DNA of 64,000 nucleotides from Acidobacteriota bacterium (GTDB lineage: Bacteria > Bacteroidota > Ignavibacteria > UBA10030 > UBA8401): the NCBI GenBank assembly GCA_050258555.1, contig JBLMZA010000043.1, positions 2,372-66,371 on the forward strand, given 5' to 3'. Both the position numbers and the translations under genes were made by a program. Shown here in pieces: positions 40,670 through 49,508 of this stretch. Each line of letters opens with the position of its first letter. Position 1 is the stretch's first letter. The notes under the pieces were generated by a model. The model made no database searches. It saw nothing but the letters and a program-made list of their open reading frames with translations, and had not been told where the DNA came from.

Positions 40670-41740
40670 TTACACGGCGGATTCCTCATCGAAGAGCGTG
40701 CCTTTGTCGCGCCGCGAGGGAGTGAGTCCGCAGTGCTTGTATGCGCGCGTGGTCGCTTCGCGTCCGCGCGGCGTGCGAATGATGAAGCCTTCCTGGATCA
40801 GGTAGGGTTCATACACTTCCTCGATCGTGCCAGGCTCCTCGCCCACGGCGACGGCGAGCGTGTTGACGCCGACAGGGCCGCCGTTGTATTTTTCGATGAG
40901 CGCGTGAAGGATGCGCTTGTCCATCTCGTCGAGGCCGAACTCGTCCACTTCAAGCGCGCGCAGCGCGTGCGAGGCGACTTCCTGCGTGATGACGCCTTTG
41001 AACTGGGCGAGCTTTTTGTCCGCTTCGGCGAAATCGCGGCAGCGCTTGAGCAGGCGGTTGGCGATGCGCGGGGTGCCGCGCGAGCGTTTCGCGATTTCCA
41101 TCGCTCCGGCATCGTCGATCTTCACATTCAGGATGCCGGCGGAGCGGAGAAGGATCGTATAGAGCACTTCCGGCGTATAGTAATCGAGCCGGTTGGTCAC
41201 GCCGAACCGGGCGCGCAAAGGCGCCGTCAGCAGTCCCGCGCGCGTGGTGGCGCCGACAAGCGTGAAGCGGGGCAGCGAGAGCTGTATGCTGCGCGCGCTC
41301 GGTCCCGAATCGACCATGATGTCGAGGCGGAAGTCCTCCATGGCCGAGTAAAGATACTCTTCGACGACCGCATTGAGGCGGTGGATTTCGTCGATGAAGA
41401 GCACGTCGCCTTCCTCGAGATTCGTGAGAAGGCCGGCGAGATCGCCGGGCTTGTCGAGCACGGGACCGGAGGTGATCTTGATATTGGCGCCCATCTGATG
41501 CGCGATGATGTGCGAAAGCGTGGTCTTGCCGAGTCCCGGCGGCCCGGTGAGCAGCACATGGTCCAGGGTCTCGTGCCGCTGCTGGGCGGCGGCGATGAAG
41601 ATCTTCAGATTGTCGACGATCTTTTTCTGGCCGAAGAATTCGGTGAAGGCGGCGGGACGCAGCGCGCGGTCCAGATCGGGTTCGTTCTCGATGCGTTCGG
41701 GAACGACGGTGTCTTTCTTGCGTTTGTCGGATTTGGGCAT
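40670..41740 (-). CDS. ruvB: Holliday junction branch-migration DNA helicase RuvB
   Basis: Walker [10 protein letters not shown], Walker [10 protein letters not shown], sensor motifs and winged-helix C-terminus. Confidence 0.92.
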   Translation of the reverse strand: MPKSDKRKKDTVVPERIENEPDLDRALRPAAFTEFFGQKKIVDNLKIFIAAAQQRHETLDHVLLTGPPGLGKTTLSHIIAHQMGANIKITSGPVLDKPGDLAGLLTNLEEGDVLFIDEIHRLNAVVEEYLYSAMEDFRLDIMVDSGPSARSIQLSLPRFTLVGATTRAGLLTAPLRARFGVTNRLDYYTPEVLYTILLRSAGILNVKIDDAGAMEIAKRSRGTPRIANRLLKRCRDFAEADKKLAQFKGVITQEVASHALRALEVDEFGLDEMDKRILHALIEKYNGGPVGVNTLAVAVGEEPGTIEEVYEPYLIQEGFIIRTPRGREATTRAYKHCGLTPSRRDKGTLFDEESAV

Positions 41741-41780
41741 GCTCCCAATCTACAAAGAAGAGCGGTGAAATTCAATTTTG

Positions 41781-41809
41781 GTTGACTTTCTTGGCGCAAG
41801 TTGGTATGT
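41781..41809 (+). promoter_or_regulatory. Candidate sigma70-type promoter
   Basis: TTGACT-17 bp-TATGTT, about 45 bp upstream of ATG 41852, in the divergent ruvB/membrane-protein intergenic region. Confidence 0.45.
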
Positions 41810-41851
41810 TTTCCCGTCCCGTATGCAGCGCATCAACTATTCCTCAACGCC

Positions 41852-42400
41852 ATGGAATCCCCGACAGTGCGTCTTACGCTTTCGCTCCTCGGATGCGCGG
41901 TGCTCGCCTACATCATCACGCTTCTGCCCGACGCATTCTATACTCCGTCCGTCCGACCCGACCTGCGCGGTCCGCTGTGGCTGATTCACCTGATCTTCCT
42001 GTTCATTCACGAGGGCGGGCATTTCGTCTTCCGTCCGCTCGGAGAGACGATGTATCTGCTCGGCGGCTCTATCATGCAGGTGCTGGCGCCGGGTGCATGG
42101 ATCGCCGCCGCGCTCTATGAACGGTCGAAGCTTGCGGCACTCGCGCTGTTTTTCACCGGATACAGCCTGGTCGATGTGAGCGTCTACATCAAGGATGCGG
42201 AGACGCACGTGCTTCCGCTCATCGGAGGCAGGGGAACGAGCCATGACTGGTGGACGGTGCTGTCGCGGCATGACGCCCTGGATCTCGCCGCTCCGCTCGG
42301 AGAGACGTGCTTCTGGCTCGGCATGGGTGCGGCGCTGGGCGCCACGGCGTGGGCCGTTGCGCTCTCGGTTGCCGCGTATCGCGAAAAAGCCTCCGGTTAA
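41852..42400 (+). CDS. Integral membrane protein with an HExxH motif (putative membrane zinc metalloprotease-like, DUF3267-type)
   Basis: Four to five transmembrane helices and HEGGH in a membrane-proximal segment (LIFLFIHEGGHFVF). The track ORF start lies inside the promoter, so M18 was chosen. Confidence 0.55.
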   Translation: MESPTVRLTLSLLGCAVLAYIITLLPDAFYTPSVRPDLRGPLWLIHLIFLFIHEGGHFVFRPLGETMYLLGGSIMQVLAPGAWIAAALYERSKLAALALFFTGYSLVDVSVYIKDAETHVLPLIGGRGTSHDWWTVLSRHDALDLAAPLGETCFWLGMGAALGATAWAVALSVAAYREKASG

Positions 42401-42471
42401 AGTTTTAAATCCTGCGGCCGATAATGCTGAAAGCAGGCAGAGAGTATCACCATGTACAACAGGAGGCGTGT

Positions 42472-42666
42472 ATGCAACTCGGCGGCGTGGATTCGACGGC
42501 GGCAAAAGTGGATGTCACACAGGAGATCGCAATGAAGGTGGTCAAAGACCAGTTGAAGATGCAGGAGCAGATGGCGGCGGCGCTGACGCAGCCGACCATG
42601 GTGTACAATGCGGACGGAAGCGTGAGTGCCGTTCCTCCGCAGGCATCGTTCGATGTGAAGATGTAA
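42472..42666 (+). CDS. YjfB-like small protein (putative motility protein family, DUF1157)
   Basis: 64-aa protein; VDVTQEIAMKVVKDQLKMQEQMAAALTQ resembles YjfB. AGGAGG Shine-Dalgarno 5 nt upstream of ATG 42472. Confidence 0.55.
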   Translation: MQLGGVDSTAAKVDVTQEIAMKVVKDQLKMQEQMAAALTQPTMVYNADGSVSAVPPQASFDVKM

Positions 42667-42690
42667 GCCGATCACTCAAGTCTGTATGCA

Positions 42691-42738
42691 GGCGCGCCGG
42701 TCCTCCGCACGAGAGGAAACCGGAGCGCCTTTTATTTT
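42691..42738 (+). terminator. Probable intrinsic terminator after the yjfB-like gene
   Basis: Imperfect GC-rich hairpin (ggcgcgccggtcctc...gaggaaaccggagcgcc) followed by TTTTATTTT. Confidence 0.4.
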
Positions 42739-42808
42739 GCCTCTTTGATTTTTCTGCGCGTTTTTACATATTGTGTTCATTTCGCCCCCTCGCAAGGAAA
42801 TCCCGACC

Positions 42809-44500
42809 ATGATTTTTGATTTTTCAACATTGAACGGAATGCTGGCGCGCAGCGCGGAACGCTTCGCCGCCAGTCCGGCGCTCTCCACCGTCAACGGAGA
42901 GCCGCTGACATACGCCATGCTGTACGAGAAAGTGCGCGACATCTCCCGGCTGCTCCATGAGCAGGGCATCGTGGCCGGAGACCGCGTGGCCATTCTCAGC
43001 GAGAACAAGCCTGAATGGGCCGTCGCGTACTTTGCCGTGATCTTCACCGGAGCGATCGCGGTGCCGATCCTTCCCGATTTTCATTCGACCGAAGTGCAGC
43101 ACATCCTGCGCCATTCCGAGTGCAAGGCGATCTTCATTTCCGAACGGTACTATCAGAAGATCGAAGGCGGAACCTTCGATACGCTTTCCACGATCTTCCT
43201 GATCGACAATTTCTCGATCGTTCCTCCCCAGACGCAAAAAGGCCGTCTCAAGGAAATGCTCGATGAAGGGATGAAGGAATTTGCGAAGCTGAAGGAGTCG
43301 GCGATGCGCCTGGTGGGATGGATTCCGGCCGAGACGCAGCCCGACGATGTGGCATCCATCATCTACACATCGGGCACCACCGGCCACTCGAAAGGCGTGA
43401 TGCTCACGCACCGCAATCTGCTCGAGGATGTGAAGGCGACCGCCGAGCTGGTCTCGATCGTTCCGACCGACCGCATGCTGTCCATTCTTCCGCTGTCGCA
43501 TGCCTATGAAGGCACGCTCGGACTTCTCACGCCGCTTTCCTGCGGCATGTCGGTCTATTATCTCGACAAGCCGCCCACGCCGCAGGTGCTTCTGCCGGCC
43601 TTGCAGGCGGTCAGGCCGACCATCGTGTTGAGCGTGCCGCTGGTGATCGAAAAAATCTACCGGGGGAGAATCCTTCCCCAGCTCACGGCGAACAAGATCG
43701 CGCGGCGCCTCTATAAGGTTCCGTTTGTGCGCAAGCGGCTGAACCGCATCGCCGGCAAAAAACTGATGGAGACCTTCGGCGGCAACCTCCGGCTCTTCTG
43801 CATCGGCGGCGCGCCGCTGGCGCACGATGTGGAGCGCTTCCTGCGCGAAGCGCGGTTTCCGTATGCGATCGGCTACGGCCTCACCGAAACCTCGCCGCTC
43901 ATTGCCGGCACCGATACGCACGCGACGCGCTTCGGCTCGACGGGACCGGCGCTTGCCGGCGTCGAGCTCCGCATCGATCATCCCGATCCGCACAGCGGCG
44001 AAGGAGAGATCTGCGTCCGGGGCCCGGTCGTGATGAAGGGCTACTACAAGGATCCCGAGCGCACGCGCGAAGCCTTCACGATCGACGGCTGGTTTCGCAC
44101 GGGCGACCTCGGCGTGTTCGACCCGGACGGCTATCTCTTCATCAAAGGCCGTCTGAAGAATGTCATTCTCGGCCCGAGCGGCGAGAATATTTATCCGGAA
44201 GAGATCGAATCGGTGATCAACGAATTCGAGATCGTCAACGAATCTCTCGTCTTCTCCCAGCAGCACCAGCTCGTCGCGCGCGTGCATCTGAACTATGAAG
44301 CGATCGAGCGGCTGTATGCCGAGGAGGCGAAACTCGGCGAGTCGGAAATCAGGAAGAAGATCGACTCGCTGCTCCTGGAGCTTCGCGACGGGGTGAACGC
44401 CAGAGTCTCGAAATTCTCCCAGCTCAGCAGGGTGATCGAACAGATGGAGCCGTTCGAAAAGACGCCCACACAGAAGATCAAACGGTATCTCTATGCATAA
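42809..44500 (+). CDS. fadD: Long-chain fatty acid-CoA ligase (AMP-dependent synthetase/ligase)
   Basis: AMP-binding motif IYTSGTTGHSKGVMLTHRN, YGLTE, GWFRTGDLG and the C-terminal lid. AAGGAAA Shine-Dalgarno. Confidence 0.85.
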   Translation: MIFDFSTLNGMLARSAERFAASPALSTVNGEPLTYAMLYEKVRDISRLLHEQGIVAGDRVAILSENKPEWAVAYFAVIFTGAIAVPILPDFHSTEVQHILRHSECKAIFISERYYQKIEGGTFDTLSTIFLIDNFSIVPPQTQKGRLKEMLDEGMKEFAKLKESAMRLVGWIPAETQPDDVASIIYTSGTTGHSKGVMLTHRNLLEDVKATAELVSIVPTDRMLSILPLSHAYEGTLGLLTPLSCGMSVYYLDKPPTPQVLLPALQAVRPTIVLSVPLVIEKIYRGRILPQLTANKIARRLYKVPFVRKRLNRIAGKKLMETFGGNLRLFCIGGAPLAHDVERFLREARFPYAIGYGLTETSPLIAGTDTHATRFGSTGPALAGVELRIDHPDPHSGEGEICVRGPVVMKGYYKDPERTREAFTIDGWFRTGDLGVFDPDGYLFIKGRLKNVILGPSGENIYPEEIESVINEFEIVNESLVFSQQHQLVARVHLNYEAIERLYAEEAKLGESEIRKKIDSLLLELRDGVNARVSKFSQLSRVIEQMEPFEKTPTQKIKRYLYA

Positions 44501-46319
44501 GCGTCCGCATCCCGCTCTGGAGGCGAAGGTCAAATCGCTGGTGCTCGACCTCCGTTCGATGGAGGAGTGGTACCGCGGCATGTACGAGATGAACGCCGTG
44601 CCGGTGCTGCTCATCGATCCGGAATCGGCGGAAATCGAGGATGCCAATCCCTCGGCATGCCGTCTCTACGGATGGACGCGCGAACCGTTCGCGCGGATGC
44701 CTCTTGCGGCAATCGCGCCGGAGTTCCAGGCGTGGGATCGCGCGCTGGATCAGCTGGCCGACGGCAGGCAAGCGCATTTCCACACCACGCACCATGTGCG
44801 TGAGGGACTCATGCAGGATGTGGAAGTGTTCGCTGCGGGCTTTCCCCTCGGCGGCAGACTGATCGTCCATGCATCGCTCTACGACGTGAGCGAGAATAAA
44901 CGACTTGCACGCGCGCTCACCGAAAGCGAACAGACGTACCGTTCGCTGCTGACGCAGATCGACGACAGCGTCCTCTTCTTCAATATCGAGAGCCGCCAAC
45001 TGCTCAATTGCAACGACGCCTTTCAGGAGCTGACCGGATACTCGCACGAGGAACTGCCTTCCCATACCATCTATGATATCGTCGTGGAGGACCGCGCCTC
45101 GGTCGACGAGAATATCCGCACGGTTGATGAACGGCTCAGGCTCGATCTCCGCGAGCGGTTCCTGCGCTGCAAGGACGGAAGAATCCTCACGATGGACATC
45201 AATTCGTCGGTGGTGGGTACGGGCAGAAACCGCATGGTCTGCCTCATCATGCGCGACGTGACCGATCACAACCGGCTGGTGCAGGCGCTGAAGCGCAGCG
45301 AGGAGCTCTACCGGACGCTCTATGAGAACAACACGGCCGCGATGCTGCTGATCAATCCGCTCACCTCAACCATCATCGATGCAAATCCGACCGCGTGCGC
45401 GTTCTACGGATGGGATAAGAAGACCTTTCACGGAAAGAGCCTCACCGACATTGTCGCCGCGCCTGACGACAGCAAGATAGGCGAGATCGCGTTTTCGATG
45501 CACGGCAGTTCCGACCACTTCTTCATGCGCCAGCGCGCCGCCAACGGCAGCACGCGCGAAGTGGAAGTCTACACCAGTCCCGTGCGTCTGCGCCACACGC
45601 ATCTGATGTATGCGATCGTACACGATGTGACCGAAAAGGTGAAGACGGAAGAGGAACTGAAGCAGTCGCAGGAGGACCTGCGCCGCCTTGCGCTCCACCT
45701 TGAAACGGTGCGCGAGGAGGAGCGGACGCACATCGCGCGTGAAGTGCACGACGAACTGGGGCAGGCCCTCACGGCGCTGAAGATGGATGCGCGATGGATC
45801 GAGAATTCATTCGGTGCGGCGAATCCGCAGCTCAAGACGAAGACCGTCGCGATGCAGAAGCTGATCGACTCCACGGTCAAATCCGTTCAGCGCATTTCCT
45901 CCGAACTGCGCCCCGGCATGCTCGACGATCTCGGACTCGGCGCGGCGATCGAGTGGCAGACGGAGGAATTCGAAGCGCGCACAGGCGTGCACTGCATGCT
46001 CAGGATCGTTCCCGATGAGATTGTCGTCGACGAGAAGATCGCCACCACGGTCTTCCGCGTGTTCCAGGAGACGCTCACGAACATCGCACGGCATGCCGAA
46101 GCGAGCGTGGTGCACATCTCGCTGCTGAAGAACGAGGGGATGCTGACGCTTTCCGTGCGCGACAATGGAAAGGGGATCTATGACCACGACATCCACGCCA
46201 AGAAGTCGATCGGCCTGATGGGCATCCGCGAGCGCGTGCGGAGCCATAAGGGAACGGTGGACATCATCGGACGCAGCACGATTGGCACGGCGGTGATCGT
46301 GAAGATCCCCCTCGGATAA
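44493..46319 (+). CDS. PAS-domain sensor histidine kinase (HisKA_3 / NarX-type)
   Basis: Three PAS/PAC modules, then H-box REVHDELGQALTALK and an HATPase_c domain. 8-nt overlap with fadD. Confidence 0.85.
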   Translation: MHKRPHPALEAKVKSLVLDLRSMEEWYRGMYEMNAVPVLLIDPESAEIEDANPSACRLYGWTREPFARMPLAAIAPEFQAWDRALDQLADGRQAHFHTTHHVREGLMQDVEVFAAGFPLGGRLIVHASLYDVSENKRLARALTESEQTYRSLLTQIDDSVLFFNIESRQLLNCNDAFQELTGYSHEELPSHTIYDIVVEDRASVDENIRTVDERLRLDLRERFLRCKDGRILTMDINSSVVGTGRNRMVCLIMRDVTDHNRLVQALKRSEELYRTLYENNTAAMLLINPLTSTIIDANPTACAFYGWDKKTFHGKSLTDIVAAPDDSKIGEIAFSMHGSSDHFFMRQRAANGSTREVEVYTSPVRLRHTHLMYAIVHDVTEKVKTEEELKQSQEDLRRLALHLETVREEERTHIAREVHDELGQALTALKMDARWIENSFGAANPQLKTKTVAMQKLIDSTVKSVQRISSELRPGMLDDLGLGAAIEWQTEEFEARTGVHCMLRIVPDEIVVDEKIATTVFRVFQETLTNIARHAEASVVHISLLKNEGMLTLSVRDNGKGIYDHDIHAKKSIGLMGIRERVRSHKGTVDIIGRSTIGTAVIVKIPLG

Positions 46320-46349
46320 GTTCAATTTTCAATCAATGAAAGAGACGCA

Positions 46350-46976
46350 ATGATCAGGGTGTTATTGGCAGACGACCATACGATTGTCCGCGAAGGGCTC
46401 CGTATGATGCTCGAACAGACGGAAGATATCCGCGTGACCGATGAGGCGGGAAACGGAACGGAGACGCTCGAGAAACTCGAGAAGCACGACACCGATGTCG
46501 TGGTGCTCGATATCGCCATGCCGGATATGAACGGGATCGAAGTGCTCCGGCAGATCAAGCAGAAGCATCCAGCGGTGCATGTGATGATGCTCAGCACGTA
46601 TCCCGAAAAGCAGTATGCCGTGCGCGCGCTCAAATCCGGAGCATCCGGCTATCTGACGAAGGATAGTGCGACCGAAGAACTCATCACCGCGATCCGGCGT
46701 GCGGCGCAGGGGCGCAAATACCTGAGTGTGGAACTCGCCGAGAAGATCGCGGATAACTTCGATAATTCGACCAAGGCGCCGCATGAACTGCTCTCGGAAC
46801 GGGAATATGACGTGATGATCCTACTGGGCAAGGGAAACTCCGTGTCGGCCATCGCCGAATTGCTGTCCCTGTCGGTTCCTACAGTCAATACATACCGCGC
46901 CCGAATCCTTCAAAAACTCAATCTGTCCGGCAATTCCGCCGTGATTCATTATACGATCGAAAACAAGCTCATCTAA
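46350..46976 (+). CDS. NarL/LuxR family response regulator
   Basis: Receiver domain (VLLADDH...VVVLDIAMPDMNG...K) plus C-terminal LuxR HTH (LSEREYDVMILLGKGNSVSAIAELLSLSVPTVNTYRARILQKL). Confidence 0.9.
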   Translation: MIRVLLADDHTIVREGLRMMLEQTEDIRVTDEAGNGTETLEKLEKHDTDVVVLDIAMPDMNGIEVLRQIKQKHPAVHVMMLSTYPEKQYAVRALKSGASGYLTKDSATEELITAIRRAAQGRKYLSVELAEKIADNFDNSTKAPHELLSEREYDVMILLGKGNSVSAIAELLSLSVPTVNTYRARILQKLNLSGNSAVIHYTIENKLI

Positions 46977-47032
46977 GCGGACGAAATCCTCCGAAAAACT
47001 ACGCGGTATCGCGTAATAGATTTAATGGCATC

Positions 47033-47069
47033 AAAATCATATGATTCGTGACACGAAAATCATATGATT
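47033..47069. promoter_or_regulatory. Two direct copies of AAAATCATATGATT, each containing the perfect 12-bp palindrome AATCATATGATT
   Basis: Copies at 47033-47046 and 47056-47069, 23 bp apart, between the NarL-type regulator and the orphan receiver gene. Candidate dimeric transcription-factor sites. Confidence 0.4.
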
Positions 47070-47173
47070 AACGATACCCTTGAAATGAATCCGTGCCTAT
47101 CTTACATGCAGACCATTGCATCGGCTGCAGCACGGCCGATGCGAGCACCATCACATTCATGGGCATCGGGACT

Positions 47174-47566
47174 ATGGCACGCATTTTTTTAGGATATCAG
47201 TCTGCGCTTGTCGGAGCGCGGCTTTCTGAGATGCTGACCGAAATGAACGGAGTGGATCTCATGGGCGTCGTTTTCGAGAGCGACAAGCTCGAGCATGCGC
47301 TCGAGACGCTCGAGCCGGAAATCGCCATCGTTGACATCCGTCTTCTGATCGCCTCGCGTATCGGAGACTTGAATGTTCTGAAGACGCGGTTTCCGGAGAC
47401 TCAGTTCATCCTTCTCTACGATTTCCCCTACAATCAATATTCACGCGAATGCAAACGATTCGGAGCGGAATATTGCTTCGAAACGCTGCATCAGTTCATG
47501 GATATTGAACGCGTCGTTGCGGAGTATAACCGCCGCCGGCGTACACGCATGTCGCGCGCCTCATAG
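47174..47566 (+). CDS. Stand-alone receiver-like (CheY-like) domain protein
   Basis: MARIFLGYQ...EIAIVDIRLL...ILLYDFP is a CheY-like fold with no output domain. The start is uncertain; the alternative is ATG 47159. Confidence 0.5.
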   Translation: MARIFLGYQSALVGARLSEMLTEMNGVDLMGVVFESDKLEHALETLEPEIAIVDIRLLIASRIGDLNVLKTRFPETQFILLYDFPYNQYSRECKRFGAEYCFETLHQFMDIERVVAEYNRRRRTRMSRAS

Positions 47567-47668
47567 GCCTGCGGCGTTCACCGCGTCGTTTCCCCGACGA
47601 TAAAAAATTCGAAAAGGCAGGCCGCTATGGGGGAGACGGCCTGCCTTTGGAAGTTCTTGCAGCACCAA

Positions 47669-47716
47669 AAAGAAAGGGCCCGTCGACTCGGAGCGAGACG
47701 GGCCCTTTCTTTTTTT
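47669..47716 (+). terminator. Strong rho-independent terminator (bidirectional potential)
   Basis: Perfect 16-bp stem aaagaaagggcccgtc/gacgggccctttcttt with a 12-nt loop, followed by TTTT. A second 10-bp hairpin (aggcaggccg/cggcctgcct) lies at 47615-47646. Confidence 0.75.
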
Positions 47717-47744
47717 CCACTCATGCCTTCGCACAGAAACACGG

Positions 47745-47790
47745 TTTAAAACAGCAATCTCTCTGCATGATCCTGCCATTCAGAGAGATT
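47745..47790 (-). terminator. Probable terminator of tRNA-Leu
   Basis: Perfect 10-bp inverted repeat aatctctctg/cagagagatt with a 15-nt loop, followed on the minus strand by GCTGTTTT. Confidence 0.4.
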
Positions 47791-47812
47791 CGTCACTGCT
47801 TCGATACTTGAG

Positions 47813-47898
47813 ATGGTGCCCGAAGGGAGACTTGAACTCCCATGCGCTCACGCGCGCCGCCTCCTGAAGACGGTGTGTCTGCCATTTCACCATTCGGG
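47813..47898 (-). tRNA. tRNA-Leu (anticodon CAG)
   Basis: Manual fold: acceptor GCCCGAA/TTCGGGC; D-arm GTG-AAATGGCAGA-CAC; anticodon stem CCGTC/GGCGG with loop TTCAGGA; long variable arm CGCGCGTGAGCGCAT; T-arm GGGAG-TTCAAGT-CTCCC; discriminator A plus encoded CCA. 86 nt. Confidence 0.85.
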
Positions 47899-48072
47899 CA
47901 TTGTTGCGTTACAGCATAACAAACATACGAAAACATTTGGCGGAAATCAAGACGAACGGGAAAAAAAAATCACTTCCGTCCATATCAATTTCATTCCTTG
48001 TTTTTCATTCGATGTTTGCCTATTTTTAGAGTATCATCTCAAGTATAACCTCACAAAAGGAGACGACCACGA

Positions 48073-48681
48073 ATGAAATCAAAAGGACTTATCATCGCTC
48101 TGGCAGTCGTCGGCGGCATTATCCTGATCGGCATCATGACGATCACATGGGGTGTCCGCACATACAATATGCTCGTGGGCATGGACGAATCGGTCAACGG
48201 CGCCTGGTCCCAGGTGCAGAATCAATATCAGCGGCGGTTCGATCTGATCCCGAATCTCGTCGAGACCGTGAAGGGATATGCGACGCACGAAAAGGAAACG
48301 CTTGAGAATGTCACCAATGCGCGTGCGAAAGTCGGGCAGATGGTCATTTCACCCGAAGTCCTGAAAAATCCGCAGGCCTTCCAGATGTTCGAGAAGGCGC
48401 AGGGCGAACTCTCGTCGGCGCTGACGCGTCTCATGGCCGTTTCCGAGAACTATCCCAATTTGAAGGCGAACGAGAATTTCCTCCAGCTGCAGGCGCAGCT
48501 CGAGGGGACGGAAAACAGGATCTCTGTTGAGCGCCGCCGCTTCAACGAGGTCGTGCAGGCGTACAATGCCAGGATCCGGACCGTTCCGACATCGCTTGTC
48601 GCCGGCTTCGGCGGATTCACACCCAAGCAGTATTTCCAGGCTGCTGCCGGCGCAGAAGCCGCTCCGAAAGTGAAATTCTGA
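48073..48681 (+). CDS. lemA: LemA family protein
   Basis: N-terminal transmembrane helix plus the LemA domain (YNMLVGMDESVNGAWSQVQNQYQRRFDLIPNLVETVKGYATHEKETL). AAGGAG Shine-Dalgarno. Confidence 0.9.
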   Translation: MKSKGLIIALAVVGGIILIGIMTITWGVRTYNMLVGMDESVNGAWSQVQNQYQRRFDLIPNLVETVKGYATHEKETLENVTNARAKVGQMVISPEVLKNPQAFQMFEKAQGELSSALTRLMAVSENYPNLKANENFLQLQAQLEGTENRISVERRRFNEVVQAYNARIRTVPTSLVAGFGGFTPKQYFQAAAGAEAAPKVKF

Positions 48682-48682
48682 T

Positions 48683-49459
48683 ATGTCTCCATCCGTCCGA
48701 TTCCGTCGTCATCTGTTGCTGGCCGCCCTGCTCTTGGCGTGCGCCGCCGTCCGGCTCGCCGCACAGAGTCCTGCGATACCGAAACTGACATCGCCTGTCT
48801 ACGACGCCACCTCGACGTTGAGTGCAGCAGAACAGGCGGCGCTGGTGCGTGAAGTGCGCCGGTTCGAGGACAGCACATCGAATCAGATCGCCGTCGTCGT
48901 CATTCCGTCGATCGGCGATGCGGACATCCGCGAATACGGCATCGACGTGCTGAAACAAAATGCGATCGGGCAGAAGGGGCGCGACAACGGCGTGCTGCTC
49001 CTGGTCGCGAAGGACGACAGAAAAGTGTCGATCGAGGTGGGATACGGACTCGAGGGCGTGCTGCCCGATGCCGTGTGCAGCCAGATCATACGCAACGAAC
49101 TCTCTCCGCGCTTCAGGGAAGGAGACTTCTTCGGCGGCATCGCGTCGGCCGTCCGGTCCATCGAGCAGGCCACGCAGGGAGAGTATAAAGGGACAGGGAA
49201 AAAATCGAAGAACGGCTCCGGGTCGTTTGCGCTGCTGCTTGTCGTTTTCGTGATCGGCGCGATCCTCATGTCGATTTTCCGGGGTGGACGGCGGTATTCC
49301 ATTAAGGGGCGCGGCTATCGTTCGGGACCGTGGTGGTGGGGAGGCGGCGGGTTTGGAGGCGGCGGATTCGGCGGCGGCGGATTCGGCGGAGGCGGCGGGG
49401 GCGGATGGTCGGCCGGCGGCGGATCGTTTGGAGGCGGGGGAGCAAGCGGAAGCTGGTAG
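48683..49459 (+). CDS. TPM-domain (YgcG-like) protein with C-terminal transmembrane helix and Gly/Phe-rich tail
   Basis: Signal peptide; TPM/DUF477 fold (PVYDATSTLSAAEQAALVREVRRFEDSTSNQIAVVVIPSIGDADIREYGIDVLKQNAIGQKGRDNGVLLLVAKDDRKVSIEVGYGLEG); transmembrane helix; (GGGF)n tail. Confidence 0.85.
   Translation: MSPSVRFRRHLLLAALLLACAAVRLAAQSPAIPKLTSPVYDATSTLSAAEQAALVREVRRFEDSTSNQIAVVVIPSIGDADIREYGIDVLKQNAIGQKGRDNGVLLLVAKDDRKVSIEVGYGLEGVLPDAVCSQIIRNELSPRFREGDFFGGIASAVRSIEQATQGEYKGTGKKSKNGSGSFALLLVVFVIGAILMSIFRGGRRYSIKGRGYRSGPWWWGGGGFGGGGFGGGGFGGGGGGGWSAGGGSFGGGGASGSW
49345..49440 (+). repeat. Short tandem repeat encoding the Gly-Gly-Gly-Phe tail
   Basis: ggcggcgg(a/g)ttcgg units repeated about four times within the TPM gene 3' end. 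Low-complexity coding repeat. Confidence 0.5.
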
Positions 49460-49508
49460 AGGGAATACTCCGGCACACATGAATGGATTAATTAAGGACG
49501 CTCAGACG

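Noticed and set aside
47813-47898. tRNA-Leu as the boundary of an integrated genomic island.
   Set aside because: There is no integrase or recombinase nearby, no visible duplication of the tRNA 3' end, and the flanking genes (NarL system, LemA/TPM) are ordinary chromosomal content.
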